Source: Gammaproteobacteria bacterium (GTDB lineage: Bacteria > Pseudomonadota > Gammaproteobacteria > SZUA-229). From it: a DNA stretch of 64,000 nucleotides. Shown piece after piece: positions 57,487 to 64,000 of this stretch. The notes under the pieces are model-generated. The model was not told where the DNA came from. It did not search any database and saw only the letters and a program-made list of their open reading frames with translations. How positions within the stretch are numbered: position 1 is the first letter of the stretch; every line of letters begins with the position of its first letter. Location of the stretch: contig JBFHWF010000001.1 in NCBI GenBank assembly GCA_041589175.1, forward strand, positions 3,798 through 67,797, read 5' to 3'. A program made the position numbers and the translations under genes.

Positions 57487-58122
57487 ATGAAACGAATACT
57501 TCAACAATGTATTTTAGCCTGTTGCGGCATGCTGATTTTTTGTTCAGCATCAAGCGAGCCTGAATTAAATCGCGCATTGCAACTGACGGGTGATGCTGAG
57601 CGAGGTAAAGCGCTCTATCCCCTGTGTGCCAGTTGCCATATGAAGACGGGCTGGGGAAAACCTGACGGAAGCTTTCCCGTGATAGCAGGGCAGCATTCAG
57701 AGGTACTGATCAAACAGATGCTGGATATTCGTGCGGGTAATCGTGATAACCCCACCATGTTTCCCTTTACCGACCCACAGGCTATTGGTGGTGCTCAGGG
57801 TATTGCCGATGTTATCAGCTACATAGCCGCATTACCCCAACCTCTTGCTCCGCACCAGGGGCAGGGCCCGGGGACGGATCTGGCGAGCGGCAAGGCGCTC
57901 TATCATGCCCGTTGCCAGCAATGCCACGGTGATCGGGGGCAGGGAAATAATGCGTCTTTCTACCCAAAGCTTAAGGGACAGCACTTCGCGTATCTGTTGC
58001 GGCATATGCGCTGGATTCGGGATGGCTACCGAAAGAACAGTGATCCGGTGATGGTACAGCAGTTACAGGGGCTGGATGATAAAGCGCTTTCGCCACTGGC
58101 AGACTATATCTCTCGACTTTAG
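57487..58122 (+). CDS. Dihaem c-type cytochrome (cytochrome c4 family)
   Basis: 211 aa with a signal peptide and two haem-binding motifs 'CASCH' and 'CQQCH', each followed by a distal Met region. Confidence 0.85.
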   Translation: MKRILQQCILACCGMLIFCSASSEPELNRALQLTGDAERGKALYPLCASCHMKTGWGKPDGSFPVIAGQHSEVLIKQMLDIRAGNRDNPTMFPFTDPQAIGGAQGIADVISYIAALPQPLAPHQGQGPGTDLASGKALYHARCQQCHGDRGQGNNASFYPKLKGQHFAYLLRHMRWIRDGYRKNSDPVMVQQLQGLDDKALSPLADYISRL

Positions 58123-58129
58123 TTCTGGC

Positions 58130-59194
58130 CTAGCCTGTTAGCTGTCGGTTTGTCTCAATACATTCCTGCCACTTTGCCTGTAGTGCTGATCCATACCAGG
58201 CCGTCACATCAGGCGCATCGCAAGTAGATTGCAACTGCTGGTATAACTTGTCAGCCAGAGCCCCGGCATCTGTGGCAGGGTAGCGGTAATTTTTTGCGTA
58301 CTGTTCCGGGTAACAGAGTGCATCAGGCACCAGTGGACAGGCTCCAGCCGCAACTGCCTCCAGCATCGACAGACCCTGAAACTCATGGCGAGCTGTGCTG
58401 ACCACAATAGTGGATCGGTTAAGCCATTGACGATAGTCGTCTCGCGGAATACAGCCGTTCACCACTATCTGAGAATTAAACTGCTGTTCTATTCTATGCA
58501 GGGTCTCGGGCTTAGGTGTTGCACGCTGGCCCAGCAGGGCGAGTTGAAAATTCCGGGTTTTATCGGCCAGCTTCTGTAATGCCGCAAGAAAAATTTCGGG
58601 GGCCTTGTCATATTCCCAGCGGTGATTCCACAGGATTAACGACTCATCTTTGTGTGAATGCTCTGGCAGAGGTTCAGCGATGGCGACGGGTAAAACCTGG
58701 CTCTTTTGCCTGAGCCGCTGTGTGACATTTTCGGGAACCGCGTCGGGAAGCCTGGCTAGCAGCTGATCGATACCTGAGAAAAAACTGTCCCGGTTATAAG
58801 CTGAGTTAAAACAGAGTATATCTGCGGTCAGTGCACCGTAGAGCTGCACCATCTGTGGGTCGATGGAGTTATGCTGCTCTTTGCTGCGTGGGTAGGCAAA
58901 CTGGTTCTCATGAAAGTAATAGATGCAGGGTACATGAGCCAGCCGAGGGTGCAGGCCTCTGAGTGTCGCCAGGTCGACCATTGAGGTGGCGATAATCAGC
59001 TGCGGTGTATTCTCGGGAAGCTGGTTGAGCCAGGAGAGAGGATTGCCACGAATACGCCAGCGAAAGTGACGGCCCGGTAACTCCAGTCGTTGCCAGTGGT
59101 ATTCCTTAAAGGTTTCACATAGCCAGTCTGCCCATGCGGCATGGCTCTCCGAGCGATACGCAGAGAGCAGCCACAGGCATGGACGTTGAGCCAC
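58130..59194 (-). CDS. DUF3524 + GT4 glycosyltransferase, homologue of eukaryotic tRNA-queuosine alpha-mannosyltransferase (GTDC1/QTMAN)
   Basis: 354 aa. Blocks 'YYFHENQFAYP', 'LILWNHRWEYDKAPEIF' and 'VVSTARHEFQGLSMLEAVAAG' parallel human GTDC1 'YFHENQLIYP', 'VWPHRWEHDKDPESF' and 'ISTAKHEFFGVAMLEAV'. The human sequence is recalled from memory and needs an alignment. Confidence 0.75.
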   Translation of the reverse strand: MAQRPCLWLLSAYRSESHAAWADWLCETFKEYHWQRLELPGRHFRWRIRGNPLSWLNQLPENTPQLIIATSMVDLATLRGLHPRLAHVPCIYYFHENQFAYPRSKEQHNSIDPQMVQLYGALTADILCFNSAYNRDSFFSGIDQLLARLPDAVPENVTQRLRQKSQVLPVAIAEPLPEHSHKDESLILWNHRWEYDKAPEIFLAALQKLADKTRNFQLALLGQRATPKPETLHRIEQQFNSQIVVNGCIPRDDYRQWLNRSTIVVSTARHEFQGLSMLEAVAAGACPLVPDALCYPEQYAKNYRYPATDAGALADKLYQQLQSTCDAPDVTAWYGSALQAKWQECIETNRQLTG

Positions 59195-59203
59195 AGGTTG
59201 TGC

Positions 59204-59935
59204 CTACTCCTGCGCCATCAGTGTCTGGCCAACATCCTTGCAGTCATCACTCATGGCATACAGATACACATCCATGACATCATCGGGTACAGGCAGGGTA
59301 TTGGGATCTTCACCGGGAAATGCACGCACCCGCATCTGGGTACGTACCGCGCCGGGGTTGATAGCGTTGACCCTCACAGGACCATTTTCGGTGTCCAGTT
59401 CATCTGCCATGATCTTCATCATGCTGGTGGTTGCATCCTTGGAGATACCATAGGCACCCCAGTAGGCATGTGACTTATCATCGGTGGTAAATATGATGCG
59501 CGAATCTGGTGTCGCGCGAAGCAGTGGCAGCAGTGCTCGCGTCATGACGAAGGGCGCGTTGAGATTAACCTGCAACACCTTGTACCAGGTGTCGATATCG
59601 TGTTGTTGAATGGGCGTGGTCGTGCCGAGAATCGCCGCACTATGCAGTAATCCATGCAGTGCACCAAACTGTTCCGAGAGCGTATTGGCCAGGTCTTCAT
59701 AGTCTTTGGGGGAGGCGCCTTCAAGGTTCAGTGGATAGATTGCCGGTTCGGGGTAGCCCGCTGCAACAATGTTGTCGTAGGTTTTTTCCAGCTTGTGGGT
59801 AGTACGGCCCAGTAGCACCACAGTCGCACCATATTTTGCGTAGGCCATGGCAGCAGCCTGGCCCAGGCCATCACCGGCACCGGTAATCAGAATGATTTTG
59901 TCTTGCAGGAAGTTGTCGTTTGCCTGGTATTGCAT
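59204..59935 (-). CDS. yciK: SDR-family oxidoreductase YciK
   Basis: 243 aa, collinear with E. coli YciK. 'DKIILITGAGDGLGQAAAMAYAKYGATVVLLGR' compares with 'DRIILVTGASDGIGREAAMTYARYGATVILLGR'. 'WGAYGISK' and 'RVNAINPGAVRT' also match. Confidence 0.9.
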   Translation of the reverse strand: MQYQANDNFLQDKIILITGAGDGLGQAAAMAYAKYGATVVLLGRTTHKLEKTYDNIVAAGYPEPAIYPLNLEGASPKDYEDLANTLSEQFGALHGLLHSAAILGTTTPIQQHDIDTWYKVLQVNLNAPFVMTRALLPLLRATPDSRIIFTTDDKSHAYWGAYGISKDATTSMMKIMADELDTENGPVRVNAINPGAVRTQMRVRAFPGEDPNTLPVPDDVMDVYLYAMSDDCKDVGQTLMAQE

Positions 59936-59968
59936 AGGGATCTCGCATTGGCCTCTGGGTTACGGTGG

Positions 59969-61300
59969 CTAGATAAATGTCTGTGCGCATTTTACACCAC
60001 AGCGTAGTGCGCCTTCGAGTGTTGAAGGTAGTCCAGCGTCATTATTTTCTTCAATATAGACGTAGTCGCCACATAATTTCAGGTTTTGTAATGGGGTATC
60101 CATTCCAGGTCGATAATTATCAACATGGGTGTGGCAGCGCAGGGTTGCGCGTTTGTCGGTAATAAGCTTGCTGTCGAGCAGTTCTGGCAGAGGCCCCAGT
60201 GTATTGCTTATGTCCCTGAGAATGGCCTCGATGACTGCATCGGTGTTATCCAGCAGTTGCGGGCCCGGTGCACTGATGACAGCAGCCAGTAGTGTCTGTT
60301 CGCCGCCTTCCGGGCGTTCAAATAGCCATTCCGCCGTTCCATTAATAATACCCGTCATGGGGGCCGGGAGTTTTACTGGCCGCTGAAAACGCAGGTATGC
60401 AGTGGTTACAGGCTCATAGGTCAGCTTTTCCAGTTGTTGACTGATCGAAGCCGTTACGGCATGGGGTGATAGCAGGGATGCCGTTACACTGGGTGGGGTG
60501 GCCAGGATAACACGCTCAACCGGTATCTGTTCACCATCGACTTCGATGGCTTTTAGCTTGTCGCCCTCTGTGTGTATCTGCCTGAGCCGGTTGCGTGTAT
60601 GTATCTCGCCACCATTGGCAAGGATATAACGCGCCGCAATCTCAGGGAAAACCTCACCCAGGGGCTGACAGGGGATTAGCAGGTCGGTCCATTCGGCTGG
60701 ACCGTTAAAGGTTTGTCTTAATACTGATTGAAACGATCGAGCAGAGGCTTCATGGGAGTGCGTCGTCATGGCAGCCAGGCATACTGGCTTGATGAGAGAT
60801 TCCACATAGGCATTCGGTAAGTTTGCGCTCGCCAGCCAGTCGTTAACACTCATGTCGGATGTCAGCTCGGTTTTTAGTAAACGGTCAAAGCGCCAGAGCA
60901 GACGAAACTTATCGAGCAAGCCAAGCTGCTGGTTGCGCATGACACCCACAAGTAAGTGCAGGGGAGCGGGAAAACTGGGAAGTTCCAGTTCAAATGCCGT
61001 GCTGCCATCTCGCGCATCCAGCATTAGCATATGGTGAGGTAAGCGTTTGAATAATGTTTGTGTGTCGGCCTCCATTAACTGCAGCAATTGCAGCATTTGC
61101 TGGTAGGCGCCGATCATCAGGTGCTGGCCGTTATCAACGCTTAGTGGGCCCCATTGAATCGTGCGCGCACGCCCACCCAGCTGGGGAGAGGATTCGTGCA
61201 GACATACAGGTATTCCTGCATCGCTGAGTGTCACGGCAGCTGCCAGGCCTGACCAGCCTCCCCCAATGATATGCACCGTTTGCGGGTGTCTGGATTCCAT
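59969..61300 (-). CDS. hpnE: Hydroxysqualene dehydroxylase (FAD-dependent amine-oxidase/phytoene-desaturase fold)
   Basis: 443 aa. The N-terminal FAD fold is 'VHIIGGGWSGLAAAVTLSDAG..V.LHESSPQLGGRAR'. It lies directly after hpnD with a 1-nt stop/start overlap. Confidence 0.82.
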   Translation of the reverse strand: MESRHPQTVHIIGGGWSGLAAAVTLSDAGIPVCLHESSPQLGGRARTIQWGPLSVDNGQHLMIGAYQQMLQLLQLMEADTQTLFKRLPHHMLMLDARDGSTAFELELPSFPAPLHLLVGVMRNQQLGLLDKFRLLWRFDRLLKTELTSDMSVNDWLASANLPNAYVESLIKPVCLAAMTTHSHEASARSFQSVLRQTFNGPAEWTDLLIPCQPLGEVFPEIAARYILANGGEIHTRNRLRQIHTEGDKLKAIEVDGEQIPVERVILATPPSVTASLLSPHAVTASISQQLEKLTYEPVTTAYLRFQRPVKLPAPMTGIINGTAEWLFERPEGGEQTLLAAVISAPGPQLLDNTDAVIEAILRDISNTLGPLPELLDSKLITDKRATLRCHTHVDNYRPGMDTPLQNLKLCGDYVYIEENNDAGLPSTLEGALRCGVKCAQTFI

Positions 61301-62160
61301 CAGCTGGCCGAATTACGGTGATGACGCTTTTCACGCCAGGCGGCACGAAACGCCAGCCAGAGTTTGCGCAGGGGAGTGAGCTTGATACGGTGTTCGAGAA
61401 CACGAAAACCATCCGCTTCAATTTCGTCCAGTAAGGACTGGTAAATTTCAGCCATGATCAGGCCGGTGCGCTGGTTATAGCGGTCCTCATCGGGAAGCTC
61501 GGAAAATGCTCGGCGATAATAGTCTCTTGCTCGTTCAGCCTGAAATTTCAATAATTCATAGACATTGTCGCTAGTAACCGGGTGCAGCAGGTCGGACGGG
61601 CTAACGGAAAACTGTTCGAGTTCATCCAGCGGAAGATAGATGCGGCCACGCTCAGCGTCTTCGCGGACATCCCGCAGTATATTGGTGAGCTGGAAGGCCA
61701 TACCCAGATCGTGGGCATATTTGAGAGTTTGACGGTTCTGGTAGCCGAAGATTTCTGCGGATAACAGGTCGACAACACTGGCGACGCGGTAGCAATACAG
61801 AGACAGTTCACTAAAAGTCGCATAGCGCTGCTGGTTTAGATCCATTTCCATGCCGTCGATGATTTCCAGTAGATATTCCTGTGCCAGATCGAAATCATCC
61901 AGCAGGGCGTGAATGGCCTGAGTAACCGGGTGCGTAGGCTGGCCCTGATAGAGACGATTAACTTCATCACGCCACCAGTTGAGCGTCTGTCGTGCAACCT
62001 GTTCATCGTGGCACTCATCTACCACATCATCGACTTCCCGGCAGAATGCATACAGGGCCGTGATGGCGCGCCGCTTAAGTTCCGGCAGGAAACGAAAGCT
62101 GGCATAAAAACTTGAGCCACTTGAAGCAGCTTTATCCTGGCAGTACTGGTCTGGATTCAT
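61300..62160 (-). CDS. hpnD: Presqualene diphosphate synthase (squalene/phytoene synthase family)
   Basis: The ORF is open to 62223. The Met at 62160 gives 'MNPDQYCQDKAASSGSSFYASFRFLPELKRRAITALYAFCREVDDVVD', the typical HpnD N-terminus with the first Asp-rich motif. The second motif is 'NILRDVREDAERGRIYLP'. Confidence 0.85.
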   Translation of the reverse strand: MNPDQYCQDKAASSGSSFYASFRFLPELKRRAITALYAFCREVDDVVDECHDEQVARQTLNWWRDEVNRLYQGQPTHPVTQAIHALLDDFDLAQEYLLEIIDGMEMDLNQQRYATFSELSLYCYRVASVVDLLSAEIFGYQNRQTLKYAHDLGMAFQLTNILRDVREDAERGRIYLPLDELEQFSVSPSDLLHPVTSDNVYELLKFQAERARDYYRRAFSELPDEDRYNQRTGLIMAEIYQSLLDEIEADGFRVLEHRIKLTPLRKLWLAFRAAWREKRHHRNSAS

Positions 62161-62309
62161 GGTCGCTGATCTATTTGAGTCGGGGGAATTGTGACCTAAT
62201 CTACCTGATATGGCAAAGTGCATTTTATCGAGAGCGTCGGCAATTGTCGCTAAACGGTCTACAATTGCATTTGTATGACAGCGATTTTATTGATAAGCCC
62301 CCCGACTAT

Positions 62310-63224
62310 ATGAATACAACGGTTTTTCATTTTGAGCCTGATGAGCTTGAGCAAACGCTCGATATTCTGAATGCGGCGATACGTAATCACCGTTGCTGGT
62401 TCGATAAACTTCATACGGCAATGCTCTGTAATTTGCCATTTCCCGATGATATTCTGAATGAGACAGCTCACACCCGTTGCCAGTTTGGTCAGTGGTATTA
62501 CGGCAGTGTCAGCGATACGATTCGTGCATTCAAGGAATATACTGAGCTTGAGGCTTGCCATCGATTTATGCACGATAATGCCCGCGATCTGGCAAATAAA
62601 TGCAGGGCAGGTGAGGCGATTCTGGCGCAGGATTATCAGCCGTTTCTGGAAAATCAGCACCACCTGATCGATCTGCTAAATAAACTACATGATATGCTCA
62701 TCGAACATCAGTACTGTTTCGACGCATTAACGGGTGCAATAAATCGAAAATCGATTTCACTGCTACTTGAACAGTCTTTCGAAAGTGTGAAACGATATAA
62801 GCATCCTTTTTCTGTCGCCATGGTCGATGCGGATCACTTTAAGTCCATCAATGATACCTATGGGCATATCGTGGGTGATCAGGTGTTGAAAAATATCAGT
62901 ATGTTTTTACGGCGCTCATTACGCAAAACGGACTGTGTGGGGCGATATGGTGGCGAAGAATTTATCGTGCTGATGCCGGAAACCGAGCAGGCTGTTGCTT
63001 TCAAAGTCATGGATCATTGTCGGCAACAATTATCCAGTCAGGAAATTGATGTGGGTAAGGAAAAAATCAGTGTGACAGTTTCGATCGGCGTTTCCTGCCT
63101 GTTGCCTGAGGATGACGATGCCTGGTTGTCTGTAAAGCGAGCCGATTTTGCCCTGTATCGGGCAAAAGACGAAGGGCGTAATCGAGTCAGGGAAAGTCTT
63201 GATGGTAAGACGGGCGAAGTATAA
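62310..63224 (+). CDS. CZB (zinc-binding) - GGDEF diguanylate cyclase, DgcZ-like
   Basis: The ORF is open from 62112, but that part overlaps hpnD, so I prefer the Met at 62310. The CZB ligand pattern aligns with E. coli DgcZ as recalled: 'AIRNHRCW', 'TRCQFGQWYYG' and 'ACHRFMHD'. The GGDEF domain has an active 'RYGGEEF' and the I-site 'RKTD' five residues upstream. Confidence 0.88.
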   Translation: MNTTVFHFEPDELEQTLDILNAAIRNHRCWFDKLHTAMLCNLPFPDDILNETAHTRCQFGQWYYGSVSDTIRAFKEYTELEACHRFMHDNARDLANKCRAGEAILAQDYQPFLENQHHLIDLLNKLHDMLIEHQYCFDALTGAINRKSISLLLEQSFESVKRYKHPFSVAMVDADHFKSINDTYGHIVGDQVLKNISMFLRRSLRKTDCVGRYGGEEFIVLMPETEQAVAFKVMDHCRQQLSSQEIDVGKEKISVTVSIGVSCLLPEDDDAWLSVKRADFALYRAKDEGRNRVRESLDGKTGEV

Positions 63225-63232
63225 ACAGGATC

Positions 63233-64000
63233 CTATTTTGCTCTTAATGCTTTCCAGAAAATCCACAGTCCATCATGGAAGCTGAGTCGAGGACGACTGA
63301 ATACGTCATCGGTCTGCTGTTCAAGCTTCATTAATATTCGTGAACCGCCCGCAATAATCAGGCGTATCTCAAATCCAAAGCGGCCTTTAAGCCGTTTACC
63401 CAGCCCGGCACCACCCTGTAATAATTGATGAGCGCGTTTGTACTGTTTACGCATCAGTAACAGCATCGGGCCATCGGTTATCTGGTTTTTAAAATAACTT
63501 TCATTCACAAAGGCCCCACGGATTTCATCCTGGGGAATATAGATGCGGTCCATTTCGTGATAGTCCTGTGCCAGATCCTGATAAAAGTTAATTAGCTGAA
63601 GGGCACTGCATATGGCATCAGATTGACCGAGGCTGGTGCGGTCGGTCTGTCCGTACAGGTGCAGTAGTAATCGACCGACTGGATTGGCTGAGCGGCGACA
63701 ATACTGCATCAGCTCGCCGAAATCTGTATAGCGCTTCTGTATGACATCCTGTTTGAATGCATCGATCAGGTCAAGAAACAGCTGCTTGGGTAACTGGTAG
63801 CTGTCAATGGTATCTGCAAGCGCTATCAATACCGGGTCATCGCTCAGTTGCTTTGTGTAAATCGCTTCAAGCTGTTTCGCAAGCTGATCAAGCTGTTGCA
63901 GGCGAAACTCATCGCTGGCATCACCTTCATCGGCAAAGTCATCAGCTCGTCGTGCGAAGGCATAAATCGCAGCAATGGGCAGGCGCATACGTCGTGGTAA
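63233..64000 (-). CDS. hpnC: Squalene synthase HpnC (squalene/phytoene synthase family), 5'-truncated by the window edge
   Basis: The frame is open through position 64000 ('..LPRRMRLPIAAIYAFARRADDFADEGD' is the first Asp-rich motif). The second motif is 'NFYQDLAQDYHEMDRIYIP'. The N-terminal ~30-40 aa lie outside the window. Confidence 0.82.
   Translation of the reverse strand, partial: LPRRMRLPIAAIYAFARRADDFADEGDASDEFRLQQLDQLAKQLEAIYTKQLSDDPVLIALADTIDSYQLPKQLFLDLIDAFKQDVIQKRYTDFGELMQYCRRSANPVGRLLLHLYGQTDRTSLGQSDAICSALQLINFYQDLAQDYHEMDRIYIPQDEIRGAFVNESYFKNQITDGPMLLLMRKQYKRAHQLLQGGAGLGKRLKGRFGFEIRLIIAGGSRILMKLEQQTDDVFSRPRLSFHDGLWIFWKALRAK

Noticed and set aside
62112-62309. A 66-codon upstream extension of the GGDEF ORF, and the matching 21-codon extension of hpnD (62161-62223).
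   Set aside because: The two extensions overlap each other on opposite strands. Neither aligns with the conserved N-termini of DgcZ-like or HpnD proteins. Internal Met codons give canonical N-termini and leave a 149-bp divergent promoter region.
1-64000. A search for a mobile or defence island: integrases, transposases, IS inverted repeats, tRNA-flanked islands, CRISPR repeats, restriction-modification, toxin-antitoxin pairs and phage genes.
   Set aside because: None was seen. The ORF set is dominated by conserved housekeeping, signalling and transport genes. Composition looks uniform by eye, though GC skew and k-mer statistics were not computed. No tandem or spaced direct repeats longer than ~10 bp were noticed in the intergenic regions.

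Overview
This is a dense, almost fully coding 64-kb chromosomal segment that looks gammaproteobacterial. Several genes are collinear with E. coli housekeeping proteins as I recall them: sbcB, rlmM, ibaG, suhB, trmJ, yajQ, rsmJ, ycaO, tatD, cmoM and yciK. I call about 62 protein genes. I saw no rRNA, tRNA, CRISPR array, IS/transposase, integrase, phage or classical defence genes, so this reads as core chromosome rather than a mobile or accessory island.

Recognisable modules:
- MoxR ATPase followed by a DUF58-like fragment at the left edge.
- A seven-gene operon joining a partner-switching set (HDOD-PP2C phosphatase, RsbW-like kinase, STAS protein) to an MlaE/MlaF/MCE/PqiC-like lipid ABC transporter.
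- Two methyl-accepting chemotaxis proteins.
- A stand-alone CbbQ/NorQ plus CbbO/NorD AAA+/vWA pair.
- c-di-GMP genes: EAL-HDOD, YajQ, HD-GYP and a CZB-GGDEF.
- A five-gene LolA-like / 2x FtsX / ABC ATPase / predicted beta-barrel operon.
- A lysine-catabolic pair (saccharopine-dehydrogenase-like plus ALDH7/AmaB).
- A CHASE2-like Ser/Thr kinase with a PP2C phosphatase.
- An RND efflux operon ending in a 4'-phosphopantetheinyl transferase.
- An Atm1-like ABC exporter.
- A TlpA / cytochrome c4 locus.
- A bacterial homologue of eukaryotic tRNA-queuosine mannosyltransferase next to yciK.
- Squalene-synthesis genes hpnC / hpnD-hpnE, split by an oppositely oriented DgcZ-like gene.

The best candidate for an undescribed system is the partner-switch plus Mla-like operon (1511-7138). 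The LolA-like/FtsX/beta-barrel operon, the QTMAN-like glycosyltransferase and the split hpn locus follow.

All calls come from reading motifs in the supplied translations. No database search, HMM or structure prediction was run, and family names recalled from memory are flagged as such.
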